In this document: one piece after another, positions 18,326 to 28,500 of the stretch
How the letters are laid out: every line of letters begins with the position of its first letter
How positions within the stretch are numbered: position 1 is the stretch's first letter
Assembly (NCBI GenBank): GCA_036679605.1
Contig: JAZDCZ010000365.1
Span: forward strand, 60,866-124,865
Reading direction: 5' to 3'
DNA: 64,000 nt
Origin: Gemmatimonadota bacterium
GTDB taxonomy: Bacteria; Gemmatimonadota; Gemmatimonadetes; Gemmatimonadales; GWC2-71-9
Translations under genes and position numbers: made by a program
Notes under the pieces: generated by a model
The model's input: only the letters and a program-made list of their open reading frames with translations
Databases searched by the model: none
What the model was told of the DNA's origin: nothing

Positions 18326-21300
18326 ATGAAACGGTATCAAGTGTTTTCCGTAGCATTCCTGCTCACCATCCTCGCCGGCAGTGCTGAAGCTCAGCTTTCG
18401 GCACCGCTCGATTCCACCTTGCTCGACTCGTTTCGGTGGCGATCGGTCGGGCCCGCGAACATGGGGGGACGTATCACCGACATAGAGGGTATCGGTAGCC
18501 CTTCGAAGACGTTCTATGTCGCGGCGGCGGCAGGTGGCATTTGGAAGACCACCAACAATGGCACCACCTTTCGTCCGATCTTCGATCAGAAACGTGTGGC
18601 AGCGATGGGCGACATAGCGATCGCGCCCAGCGACACCAACATCATCTGGGCCGGTACCGGTGAAGAGGATTCCCGTAATTCGATATCGGCCGGCGGCGGG
18701 ATCTACAAGTCCACCGATGGTGGGATAACTTGGGAATTCATGGGGTTGAAGCAAACTCAGGTGATCGGCCGGATAATCGTACACCCCATTGATCCCGATA
18801 TCGTCTTTGTGGCCGCGCTGGGCCACATTTGGAACTCGAACAAAGAGCGGGGACTCTACAAGACCAACGACGGGGGCAAGACCTGGGACCTCGTCAAGTT
18901 CGTGAGCGACAAGGCAGGTTTCGTCGACATCGCGATTCACCCGACGAATCCCGACATTCTCTTTGCCTCGAGCTGGGAACGCGTGCGTGGTCCGTATTTC
19001 TTGAACAGCGGCGGCCCGGGGAGCGCTCTGTGGAGGACTACGGACGGTGGCGAGACCTGGGTCGAGGTCAAGGGAAACGGTTTCCCGGAGGGAATGAAGG
19101 GCAGGATCGGGGTCGCGATTGCCGCGAGTAACTCTGACGTCATGTATGCGTTGGTGGAAGCCAAGGAGGCGTCCGGGGAGGGCCTGGCGTCAGGCCTTTA
19201 TCGCTCGGAGGATGGCGGTGAGAGCTGGACCAAAATGAACTCCAATAACTCCAGACCGTTTTACTACTCGCAAGTCCGGGTCGACCCCAAGAATCCGAAT
19301 CGAGTCTACTGGTCATCTACGCCCGTCAATTTCTCGGACGACGGTGGCAAGACGGTCCGCGGTGCCACCGTTGGGGTTCACGTAGATCATCATGCTATGT
19401 GGATTGATCCCAATGATCCCGAGCACTTCGTGGTCGGTAACGACGGCGGTTTCGCGCAGACTTGGGACAAGGGCGGCAACTACGACTTCATCAACACGAT
19501 CGCGCTGGGCCAGTTTTACGCGATCAGCTATGACATGGCAATTCCTTACAACGTGTGTGGCGGATTGCAGGACAATGGTTCCTGGTGCGGACCAAGCAGG
19601 CGCAGGCAGGGATCGATCACGAACGCCATGTGGAACAACGTTGGCGGCGGCGACGGCTTCTATACCGCGCAAGATCCGAACAACCCCGACATCATCTTCG
19701 TAGAATCGCAGGGCGGCAACATGAGCCGGATGGATCTCTCGACCGGTGAGCGCACGAGTCTTCAGAAGCCGGATTGGCGACGCGCTTACCGCCAGCTCGA
19801 AGACTCCATCATTGTTGACAGAGGCGATACGACCAAGCCGGCCAGTAAGGCCGTTGCGCGTCGCATTGCCGACCTACGCCGCCGCGCAACGGCCGACTCT
19901 TCGGAGAACGTAATGCGCTGGAACTGGAGCACCCCGTTCTTCTTGTCTCCGCACTCGCCGACCACGTTTTATGCGGCAGGCAACAGAGTGATGAAATCGA
20001 CGAAGCGTGGCGAAGACTTGTACGCGATCTCTCCAGATCTCACTACACAGGATACCGAGCGCATTCGCGTCAGCACTTCGGCGACGGGCGGTATCACGAG
20101 AGATGTGACGGGCGCGGAGACGCACAGCACGATAGTGGCGTTGGCGGAATCACCGCTCAAGCCAGGCCTTCTCTACGCGGGCACTGATGACGGCAACGTG
20201 TGGATGACTCGCAACGACGGTGGCGATTGGGAAAATCTCACGGGCCGGTTCCCCGGGGTTCCCAAGAAGACATGGGTGAGTCGGATCGAACCGTCGCAAT
20301 TCGACGAGGCGACGTTCTATGTCTCGTTCGACAACCATCGTGAGAACGATTTCACGCCGTATCTGTTTGTCACGACTGACCACGGTAAGTCGTTCATGTC
20401 AATCGCAAGCGACCTGCCGACCGACGGGCCCGACTTTATTCACGTGATTCGCGAAGATCCCGCAAATCGCAACCTACTCTTTGTTGGAACGGATGTTGGC
20501 GTATACATGTCCGCGAATAGTGGAGGATCGTGGCAACGTTTCATGACCGGGCTGCCTACCGTTCCGGTGCACGATCTCAAGATCCATCCTCGTGACCACG
20601 ATCTGATAGCAGGCACGCATGGCCGGTCTGTCTGGATCGTAAATATCGGACCGTTGGAGCAGATGACCGACGCTATCCTGGCCGAGGAAGTGGTGTTGTT
20701 TACGCCTGGGACGGCCTACCAATACAGCCAGGCTCAGGTGGGGGGTGGTTCGTCTGCCCAGAAATCCTTCCAGGCGCAGAGTTCACAATACGGTGCAGAG
20801 ATCGCCTATCTCCTGACGAGTGGCAGCCGCCGTTCGCGCCCCAGTATCGTCATAACCGACGTGAAGGGCGACACCGTCCAGACTCTCCAGGGAACGGGAG
20901 GCCCCGGCTTACACCGAGTCACTTGGAACTTCCAATGGGCTCGGCCGCCCGCAGAGCCACTGTCACCCTCGCAGAAACGTGACAGCGTAATTGCTGCACG
21001 TCGTATAGATGTCGTGTTCGACTCGCTGGCAGAGGCGGGTACGAACAAACAGATGCTCGACCGCATAAGAGCGAACATCGAAAGTGGCAACACTCGCGCG
21101 TTGTTCCGATCCTTCGGTGGCGGTGGCCGAGGTTTTGGAGGGCGAGGTGGCGGCCAGCGAGATTTCGTCGAGCGACCGGCTGAGTCTTCTGCCGGTGGCG
21201 GAGGGAGAGGTGGACGTGGTGGAGGTGGGGGTGGGGGTGCAGGTGGGGCTCCCGACGTCAGACAGATTTTCCGGTTACTCAGAACGCCTGGGTCGCGAGG

Positions 21301-21466
21301 TCGGTTTGGTGGTCGAAGAGGCGGTGGCGGCCAGGTGGTAGAGAGCGGAGATTATTTGGTGAGCATCACGGTCGAAGGAAAAACCTTGACGCAGGTGCTG
21401 CGTGTTGAACGCGTCAATGGCTCAGGTCGTGGTTCGGGGTTTGGATTCGAAAGTCAGTACAGATAG
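18326..21466 (+). CDS. Secreted VPS10/BNR-repeat glycosyl-hydrolase-like protein
   Basis: Signal peptide, WRSVGPANMGGRI, many S/T-x-D-G-G-x-T-W Asp-boxes, GGLQDNG, THGRS. Confidence 0.88.
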   Translation: MKRYQVFSVAFLLTILAGSAEAQLSAPLDSTLLDSFRWRSVGPANMGGRITDIEGIGSPSKTFYVAAAAGGIWKTTNNGTTFRPIFDQKRVAAMGDIAIAPSDTNIIWAGTGEEDSRNSISAGGGIYKSTDGGITWEFMGLKQTQVIGRIIVHPIDPDIVFVAALGHIWNSNKERGLYKTNDGGKTWDLVKFVSDKAGFVDIAIHPTNPDILFASSWERVRGPYFLNSGGPGSALWRTTDGGETWVEVKGNGFPEGMKGRIGVAIAASNSDVMYALVEAKEASGEGLASGLYRSEDGGESWTKMNSNNSRPFYYSQVRVDPKNPNRVYWSSTPVNFSDDGGKTVRGATVGVHVDHHAMWIDPNDPEHFVVGNDGGFAQTWDKGGNYDFINTIALGQFYAISYDMAIPYNVCGGLQDNGSWCGPSRRRQGSITNAMWNNVGGGDGFYTAQDPNNPDIIFVESQGGNMSRMDLSTGERTSLQKPDWRRAYRQLEDSIIVDRGDTTKPASKAVARRIADLRRRATADSSENVMRWNWSTPFFLSPHSPTTFYAAGNRVMKSTKRGEDLYAISPDLTTQDTERIRVSTSATGGITRDVTGAETHSTIVALAESPLKPGLLYAGTDDGNVWMTRNDGGDWENLTGRFPGVPKKTWVSRIEPSQFDEATFYVSFDNHRENDFTPYLFVTTDHGKSFMSIASDLPTDGPDFIHVIREDPANRNLLFVGTDVGVYMSANSGGSWQRFMTGLPTVPVHDLKIHPRDHDLIAGTHGRSVWIVNIGPLEQMTDAILAEEVVLFTPGTAYQYSQAQVGGGSSAQKSFQAQSSQYGAEIAYLLTSGSRRSRPSIVITDVKGDTVQTLQGTGGPGLHRVTWNFQWARPPAEPLSPSQKRDSVIAARRIDVVFDSLAEAGTNKQMLDRIRANIESGNTRALFRSFGGGGRGFGGRGGGQRDFVERPAESSAGGGGRGGRGGGGGGGAGGAPDVRQIFRLLRTPGSRGRFGGRRGGGGQVVESGDYLVSITVEGKTLTQVLRVERVNGSGRGSGFGFESQYR

Positions 21467-21500
21467 GGCCAGGCAGTATGCCGCGGACCGAGCGACTCGT

Positions 21501-23555
21501 TCAGCGTTCGGTTCGCGGCAGACCTCGTTTCAAGTATTCCAGTTCATCGGTCGGACCCATGACCAACATGAGGTCGCCTGCGGCAAAAACATAGTCCGCC
21601 GCTGGGGCGACGTCGAGTCGTTCGTTTCCGTCGGCCGTCGGCTGCTTGATCATCACTACGCTCACGCCGAACTGCTGTCTTATATCCAATTCTCTGATGG
21701 TCTTGCCGGCAAAATGAGCTGGGGCGGGCACCTCGGCTAGGACTGTATTCTGAGTTGATGGTAACGATTCAATCTTGTTGTCTCCGCTCACTGTGGAAGC
21801 CATGCTGTGGGCCATGTCGCGCTTGAAGATCTCGGTGTTGTAACGCTGGATGACGTCCTCGGGCCAGATGACACCAACCACTCTTTCGTCCTCGATAACC
21901 GGTATCTCACCCCGGTAGCCACCGAGGAGCTTCATCACTTGGGCTAGTGAATCGGTTGGTGATAGGGTGGGGAAATCTCCTTCCACCATGACGTCCTGTG
22001 CGATCACGAGAGAATCGAGCGCGGACGCATCTGCCATAACAGGCCTGATTTCGTTGGCACTGATGAGCCCAAGTAGGCAGCTCTCTTCGTCCAATACGAA
22101 CAGTGTGTTGCCTTGATGGTCGAGAAATTTGCTTACGAGCGGTAGGAGCCCGTCGCCTGCAGAGACACTGGCAAAATCGCTGCGCATTTGCTCTTGAACC
22201 GTTACGTGCTGCAGGACATTGAGGGCGCTTCCCTTGCGGATGTCGATGCCACGGCGCAGCAGCTTGATGGTGTAGATGGAGCCGGTCTGAAGCTTTGTTG
22301 CCAGCAGTGTCGCAATGATGCAACTGATCATGAGTGGAAGCATGATCTTGTAGTCGCCGGTCAACTCGAAAATGATCAGTATCGCAGTTATCGGTGCCGC
22401 AGTTCCGGCCGCCACGACGGCACCCATTCCAACCAGCGCGTATGCACCTGGTCCGGCGGTCGATAGCGGCCAGATCGTGTGAACTACGGTTCCGACTGCA
22501 CCACCCAACATTGCTCCGATAAACAGAGATGGTGCGAACACACCTCCAGACCCTCCCGAGCCGATAGTGATCGAAACCGCCAGAATTTTGAGCACTACTA
22601 GGAGGAGCATCAATTTCCAGATGATCGTGCCGTTCAGGGCCTCGTTGATCGCTTCGTACCCGACGCCAAAGATGTGCGGTACCCATATCCCAATCACCCC
22701 GACCGCCGCTCCTCCGAGCAGCCCCTTGATGGCGGGATGCATTCGGATCTTGTCGAACAGATCTTCGAAACCGTACAAGGATCTTACAAACGCTATTGCC
22801 ACTATCCCCGCCAAGATGCCCATGGCCGCATAGGCGAAGAGTTCGTTGGCGTGGACCAGACTATATGCCGGAACTTGGAACGCGGGAAAGTCACCTAGGA
22901 AATGCTGGCTCACGACAGTGCCCGCGACGGATGAGATTACGATGGGCGAGAACTGTGACACACCGAAATCTCCTAGTATGATCTCGACGGCGAACAGGGC
23001 TCCGGCGACGGGGGCATTGAACGTGCCGGCAATGCCCGCTGCCGCACCACAACCGACCAACGTTCGGAGTCTCTGTTCGTCGATCCTAAGCCACTGTCCG
23101 ATGGTCGATCCAAGGGCGGAACCAATCTGCACGATCGGGCCCTCGCGACCGACCGAGCCTCCCGAGGCAATACATATTCCCGAAGCGAACATCTTGGCGA
23201 ATACAACTCGGGGCCTAATGCGTCCGTTCTTGAGCGCTACTGCTTCCATCACCTCAGGGACGCCGTGCCCCTTTGCCTCTCGCGCAAAGCTATAAGTGAT
23301 TAGACCGACGAGCAGGCCCCCAACAGCTGGTGCAACGATCTTCCACCAAAACGGCAAGCTGGATATATAGTCCAGCGTATACTCGCCTTCCCGCCAGGAC
23401 ACTTCGTTCATGGTTCTGATGAGCAGGCGGAAGCCGACCGCGCTGAGCCCCCCAAGAAGACCGATTAGAACAGCCACCAGTACCATGTAGACTTGTTCTG
23501 TCTGACGCAGCGTGTTGTGGGCCTGCCTAAGTTTTCTCACAACGGCTCTAACCAT
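21501..23555 (-). CDS. CLC chloride channel/antiporter with CBS pair and TrkA-C domain
   Basis: GHGVPE, GSVGREGP, FNAP, GSGGVFAP; CBS region; C-terminal GKTIRELDIR. Confidence 0.92.
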   Translation of the reverse strand: MVRAVVRKLRQAHNTLRQTEQVYMVLVAVLIGLLGGLSAVGFRLLIRTMNEVSWREGEYTLDYISSLPFWWKIVAPAVGGLLVGLITYSFAREAKGHGVPEVMEAVALKNGRIRPRVVFAKMFASGICIASGGSVGREGPIVQIGSALGSTIGQWLRIDEQRLRTLVGCGAAAGIAGTFNAPVAGALFAVEIILGDFGVSQFSPIVISSVAGTVVSQHFLGDFPAFQVPAYSLVHANELFAYAAMGILAGIVAIAFVRSLYGFEDLFDKIRMHPAIKGLLGGAAVGVIGIWVPHIFGVGYEAINEALNGTIIWKLMLLLVVLKILAVSITIGSGGSGGVFAPSLFIGAMLGGAVGTVVHTIWPLSTAGPGAYALVGMGAVVAAGTAAPITAILIIFELTGDYKIMLPLMISCIIATLLATKLQTGSIYTIKLLRRGIDIRKGSALNVLQHVTVQEQMRSDFASVSAGDGLLPLVSKFLDHQGNTLFVLDEESCLLGLISANEIRPVMADASALDSLVIAQDVMVEGDFPTLSPTDSLAQVMKLLGGYRGEIPVIEDERVVGVIWPEDVIQRYNTEIFKRDMAHSMASTVSGDNKIESLPSTQNTVLAEVPAPAHFAGKTIRELDIRQQFGVSVVMIKQPTADGNERLDVAPAADYVFAAGDLMLVMGPTDELEYLKRGLPRTER

Positions 23556-23731
23556 GGTCGCGCTTGTTCCCAGTGTGTCTATCTTCCAATGTAGTCTGAA
23601 AAGTCTTGCCAATGGATACCGAGCCGGCAGAAACTCGATTAGCAAGGCAGATGTTGGCGCTGGTGGGGGTGGTGCGCTACTACGCAGCTACTGTCAGGTG
23701 AGCTTTCGAGACCATGAAGGAGCGGTGTTGT

Positions 23732-24409
23732 TCAGCTGCCCCAGGGTCTTCCCGTCGCAGCTTGTTGTCTAACCTGGGCAATTTGTGCTGCGGTCAACAG
23801 CGTTCGATCGGGAGCGTCACAACCGGGTGCCATCAGGTTGCCCTCGGGTGGACAGGCAACGTGCTGTAGTGACAGTGAATGTCCTAGCTCGTGAGCCAGT
23901 ATGCGTCGGCCGGAGCCCGTCAGGTCCCGTAACCCCGTCGGATCCAGCTCCGGAAAGATCACCGACTGAATACTGGGGAGATATATGCCACCGGCCACTC
24001 CGCCGAACGACCGGATCATGAACACGTCCCAGTCGCCGAAGAACAAGTTACCTCCTGGCACGACCGCGGTCAGTGCGTCAGCTTGGAGTTGCCCCGCCAG
24101 GACCGCTTCGAATATTTCTTCGTTCTGTGGAAATTCTCGGAAGATTGTGTCGACCAACCAGGTGATCGCGGCCTGACTCCATACTTCATTGACGCCTTCG
24201 ATGAGTATTGTCACCTCCGCTTCGGTCAATGTTGTGTTGAGCGAGTCGGATGTGGTGGATTCAATGAGGTGGATTCGCAGTGGAATAGTGATGTTGGCGA
24301 GGTTTTGATCACGCGTGGTGGGGTCTGTACTACCATCGCCACCACAAGCAATAACTGCTAACGTCACTAGTGAGACGGACAAGAGTCGCAGTAGGGTGCG
24401 TGTGGTCAT
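23732..24409 (-). CDS. Lipoprotein metzincin-type zinc metalloprotease
   Basis: Lipobox VIAC; HELGHSLSLQH followed by NLM Met-turn. Confidence 0.75.
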   Translation of the reverse strand: MTTRTLLRLLSVSLVTLAVIACGGDGSTDPTTRDQNLANITIPLRIHLIESTTSDSLNTTLTEAEVTILIEGVNEVWSQAAITWLVDTIFREFPQNEEIFEAVLAGQLQADALTAVVPGGNLFFGDWDVFMIRSFGGVAGGIYLPSIQSVIFPELDPTGLRDLTGSGRRILAHELGHSLSLQHVACPPEGNLMAPGCDAPDRTLLTAAQIAQVRQQAATGRPWGS

Positions 24410-24546
24410 TCGTGCTTGTATCCAGCTTTGATCAGATGCACCTTGTTCAATACCGTTTGATTGCCGGGTTCATGAATCACTGTTGATAGAACGTTGATGG
24501 ACGCTAGCTAGTTCCCAACGGGACTGCGCAAGATTCGCACTGACAG

Positions 24547-25899
24547 GTGGAGCTTTCTGTGAAGGCAATCCGCAAGCAAGGTCTTGGTCTGTGGATGACG
24601 ACCGCTCTCGTCGTGGGCAACATGGTGGGCTCCGGTGTTTTTTTATTGCCGGCGACGCTGGCTGCGTACGGCGGAATCAGCATAATCGGATGGCTCATCA
24701 CTTCGTTTGGTGCAATCATGCTGGCGCTAGTGTTTGCTCGTCTGAGCGGTATGGTTCCGAAAGCTGGTGGGCCATACGTGTACACTCGCCGCGGTTTCGG
24801 AGACTTCGCCGGCTTTCTAGTTGCTTGGGGCTATTGGACGTCGATCTGGACGAGTAATGCGGCGATTGCAGTGGCGATGGTGTCGTATCTGTCGGTGTTC
24901 TGGCCCGCCCTGACACAGAACGGAGTGCTCGCTGCATCGGTCGCGATCTCTGCTATATGGCTGCTTAGTTGGGTAAACGCCAGTGGCGTTCGGAACGCCG
25001 GTTTCGTGCAGGTTGTCACGGTCATCCTAAAGGTGTTGCCACTCTTGGCGGTAGCGACATTGGGGTTGTTGTACTTCAATGCCGATCACTTTACTCCCCT
25101 CAATGTGAGCAAGGATTCGAACTTCTCGGCGATCACCGCCACGGTGGCATTGACGTTATGGGCGTTCCTTGGCCTGGAGTCAGCTACGGTGCCTGCCGGC
25201 GATGTAGTCGATCCGGAGCGTACGATTCCGCGTGCTACGATTTTGGGGACACTCGGTGCTGCCACGGTGTACATCTTGGGGACTATCGCTGTTATGGGAA
25301 TCATCCCTCCCGCCGGACTGGCTACCTCCAGCGCACCGTTCGCCGATGCTGCCGAAAAGGTATGGGGAGGTTGGGCAGCATACGCGGTGGGTGCGGGTGC
25401 GGTTATCTCTTGTTTCGGCGCTCTAAACGGCTGGATAATGCTCCAGGGGCAGATACCGTTGGCGGCAGCGCGGGACGGCATTTTCCCGGAAGTCTTCGGC
25501 CGAATTTCTAAGAAAGGCACACCCGCCATGGGGATCGTCATATCGAGTGTGCTGGTGAGCGTATTGATTTCCATGAACTTTACTAAGAGCTTGGTAGAGC
25601 AGTTCAAATTCATAATCCTGCTCGCTACGCTCAACACGCTGGTTCCCTACGCCCTCTCGAGCCTGTCGGAGTTGATGATTTTCATAAAGGAACGTGCACG
25701 CTTTAGCGGACAACGGTTGATGGGGTCGAGCGTCATCGCTGTTCTGGCCTTCTCTTACTCGCTCTGGGCGATCGCGGGTGCCGGCAGCAGAACCGTATAC
25801 TTGGGATTCATGTTGCTGTTGCTCGGCCTACCAGTCTATGTATGGGTCAGGTGGCGACGTGCCGAGGCAGTCGCTAGTGATGCCGATGCGATTACATGA
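24547..25899 (+). CDS. APC family amino acid permease (basic amino acid antiporter-like)
   Basis: GNMVGSGVF, GGPY, WAFLGLESA, PERTIPRA. Confidence 0.9.
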   Translation: MELSVKAIRKQGLGLWMTTALVVGNMVGSGVFLLPATLAAYGGISIIGWLITSFGAIMLALVFARLSGMVPKAGGPYVYTRRGFGDFAGFLVAWGYWTSIWTSNAAIAVAMVSYLSVFWPALTQNGVLAASVAISAIWLLSWVNASGVRNAGFVQVVTVILKVLPLLAVATLGLLYFNADHFTPLNVSKDSNFSAITATVALTLWAFLGLESATVPAGDVVDPERTIPRATILGTLGAATVYILGTIAVMGIIPPAGLATSSAPFADAAEKVWGGWAAYAVGAGAVISCFGALNGWIMLQGQIPLAAARDGIFPEVFGRISKKGTPAMGIVISSVLVSVLISMNFTKSLVEQFKFIILLATLNTLVPYALSSLSELMIFIKERARFSGQRLMGSSVIAVLAFSYSLWAIAGAGSRTVYLGFMLLLLGLPVYVWVRWRRAEAVASDADAIT

Positions 25900-26771
25900 G
25901 TGACCTCAGGCAATCCGACGTTGGCCCCGTCAAGAAAATGTTGCTTAAGCACGCGAGGGATGCATTCATCGATGAGACCACAATCGATTCCCATTGGAAG
26001 GAACTCGGCTACCTAGAGCGGCCGGATTTTGATAACGCCGTTAGAGAGTATGACAATTTCGTTGCTGCTCTAAAGGGTTTCGACATCGACGTTTGTTTCC
26101 TGCCTGCCGACGGTAGAGTCGGGATCGATTCCATCTACGTTCGCGACGTAACGATCTCTTGTCGGCACGGTCTCGTTCTCTGCAATATGGGGAAACCCCA
26201 GCGCAAAACAGAGCCCCGGGCACAGCAAGATTCATTTGAAGGTCTAGGGCTGCACGTCCATGGTCGGATCGAAGGTGAGGGAAGAATCGAAGGTGGGGAC
26301 GTGGTTTGGTTGGGCGAGCGGACGCTAGCAGTAGGGCGCGGCTATCGCACCAATGACGAAGGGATTCGTCAGGTCGAAAAACTCTTGAGCGACTGCATCG
26401 ATGAGCTAATCGTTGTGCCACTGCCGCATTGGCGCGGCGCTGGTGACGTATTTCACCTCATGTCGATGCTGAGCCCGATCGATCACGATCTCGCGCTCGT
26501 CTATTCACCGCTGCTGCCGGTGCCTTTTCGCGAGGCGCTGGTTAGACGCGGCATGGAATTCGTTGAAGTGCCGGCTTCGGAGTTCGAAACTATGGGCTGC
26601 AATGTGCTAACGGTGGCGCCGCGTCGGTGCCTAATGCTTGCTGGAAACCCCGTGACCCGTTCCCGGTTGGAGAAAGCAGGCGCCGTCGTTGAAGAGTTCC
26701 AGGGGTGCGAAATCAGCACCAAGGGCTGTGGCGGTCCTACATGCCTCACCAGGCCGCTGGAGTGGCGTTAG
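25896..26771 (+). CDS. Amidinotransferase / dimethylargininase (arginine deiminase superfamily)
   Basis: DSIYVRD, IEGGD, RTN, FHLMS, GGPTCLT with catalytic Cys; ATGA overlap with the permease. Confidence 0.88.
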   Translation: MSDLRQSDVGPVKKMLLKHARDAFIDETTIDSHWKELGYLERPDFDNAVREYDNFVAALKGFDIDVCFLPADGRVGIDSIYVRDVTISCRHGLVLCNMGKPQRKTEPRAQQDSFEGLGLHVHGRIEGEGRIEGGDVVWLGERTLAVGRGYRTNDEGIRQVEKLLSDCIDELIVVPLPHWRGAGDVFHLMSMLSPIDHDLALVYSPLLPVPFREALVRRGMEFVEVPASEFETMGCNVLTVAPRRCLMLAGNPVTRSRLEKAGAVVEEFQGCEISTKGCGGPTCLTRPLEWR

Positions 26772-26789
26772 AGATTTCTTACGGCGTTA

Positions 26790-28376
26790 TTACGGCTTTC
26801 TCCTCCGAACGGACGAACGTGCACGAGACGGTGAGGACCGTTTAACGCTAGGGCGCCTAACACTTGGCCGACTCGTGCGAGGCGAAGAGCGCTTGATGCT
26901 CGGCCGATTCGTGCGAGATGGCGAAGAACGCTTGACGCTCGGACGGCTCCTAGTTGCAGTCCGGCTCCTGATTTGGACCGAGGACCGGGACTGTGATGTC
27001 CGGCGTCGTACTGTTGGGGTCTTGGCCCGCGAGGTTGAGCGAGACCTCGTCGTCACCGCCTGCCTGCTTCTTTGCGGCGACCTAGATGACGAAACAGTTG
27101 CTCTCGACCGCACGGATCGACGCACCGACGCACCGTCGGGTCTGGAAGCTTGTGCCGAGCGTGCGGCGCGACGCTTGGATGTCGATGAAGGGGCGACCAC
27201 CGTTCCACGCGCCCGGGTGCCGGACGCGCTCGTTGTGCGCCTACCTGACGCGCCATCCAATTTCTGACTGGCTGACCTGCCGGCGCTCGTGCTGCGGCGG
27301 CGGACTGCCACACCGGCTGCTCGATTCGTCCGGTTCACGCCGGTGGTTGTGTGTCGTCGAGCGATGGCACTCCGGCGGGCGGTAGATGCCGATCGCGATC
27401 CGGGTGTAACCCTGCCACTCCTTCTGGCGGCAGTGAATACTCTTCGTCCCGACTTGCCACTGCTGACGAACGGGCGTGTGCGCGGGTTCACTCTCAATCG
27501 ATTGCCAGCGAAGAAGACTGTCGAAGGTCTAGAGAACCCGAAACGCGAGCCAAATCCGAACCCTGACCCAAATCCGAACCCCGATCCATAATAGAAAGGA
27601 TCGTAGAAGAAGGGATCGTAATAGAACGGATCGTAGTAATAGGGGTCGTAGTGTCCAAAGCCGATTCCTATCCCAATGCCGAAACCATGGCCGCCATAGT
27701 ATGGGCTGCCAAGGAGAGCGAACCGTCTCGCGCGCATATATCTGGGTCCATACAACACACTCAAGCCCAAACTCGGACCATAGGGTCTGTGTGAGCGGTA
27801 ATACGGATCGTAGAGCGTTAGGTGTTGGTTGTAATCTCGGGCTACTGCGTAACGCTGTTCTACGCCATACTGAACGAGGTCGTAATCGAAGTACGCCCCC
27901 GACGCCAGACGCAGCGCGAAGTCGGTGAGTTCTGCCTCGTCATCTTCTTCAACTACCCACGTATCCGCCAGGGTGTAGTCCCAGTGGTCGCCGCGCACCA
28001 ATCCGTCGAACGTGAACGGATCGCGAGAAAACGCCGCGTAGACAGTACCCGTTCCCTCTGCTGTGTAAACCTGGAACGAGCGGCGGTCGCCCCGGCCGCG
28101 TACCTCATACTTCCTTCCACCACGGATGAAATTGTCGTCACCCGGATCGAGCGGGAATAGCACTCGCACTCGACCGTCGGGCTCGGCATGTAAGACCACC
28201 AAGTAGCCATCGTATTCCGTGCGTACGTGGGTCTTGACGCGGTCGCCTAGCCGGACATCGGTATCACTGACCCAGATCTTCACGGCAGGATCTGGGTCTT
28301 GCGTTGCAGCTGGCGCAGTGTTTGCGCTAGCCCCAACGGTAGGGACCAGTAGGGAAAGCAGTAGAGCACTCAGCAT
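26790..28376 (-). CDS. Secreted DUF4384-domain protein with Tyr/Gly repeats and Arg/Ser-rich tail
   Basis: Signal peptide; DGYLVVL...DGRVRVLFP; YYDPF and GFGFGS repeats; GAGGAG RBS. Confidence 0.75.
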   Translation of the reverse strand: MLSALLLSLLVPTVGASANTAPAATQDPDPAVKIWVSDTDVRLGDRVKTHVRTEYDGYLVVLHAEPDGRVRVLFPLDPGDDNFIRGGRKYEVRGRGDRRSFQVYTAEGTGTVYAAFSRDPFTFDGLVRGDHWDYTLADTWVVEEDDEAELTDFALRLASGAYFDYDLVQYGVEQRYAVARDYNQHLTLYDPYYRSHRPYGPSLGLSVLYGPRYMRARRFALLGSPYYGGHGFGIGIGIGFGHYDPYYYDPFYYDPFFYDPFYYGSGFGFGSGFGFGSRFGFSRPSTVFFAGNRLRVNPRTRPFVSSGKSGRRVFTAARRSGRVTPGSRSASTARRSAIARRHTTTGVNRTNRAAGVAVRRRSTSAGRSASQKLDGASGRRTTSASGTRARGTVVAPSSTSKRRAARSAQASRPDGASVRRSVRSRATVSSSRSPQRSRQAVTTRSRSTSRAKTPTVRRRTSQSRSSVQIRSRTATRSRPSVKRSSPSRTNRPSIKRSSPRTSRPSVRRPSVKRSSPSRARSSVRRRKP

Positions 28377-28457
28377 ATGCACTCCTCAGTGGAGTCTTGG
28401 GCTGCACCGCGACTGCCAAATCTACCGGCAAGGCGGCGCCTACAGCTGACTAAATAT

Positions 28458-28474
28458 AGCGAGATGCGTGCCAA
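28458..28474 (-). promoter_or_regulatory. Putative sigma54 (-24/-12) promoter of the DUF4384 gene
   Basis: Minus-strand TTGGCACGCATCTCGCT (GG-N10-GC). Confidence 0.6.
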
Positions 28475-28500
28475 CATGTAAATGGTTCTACACCAGGGGG

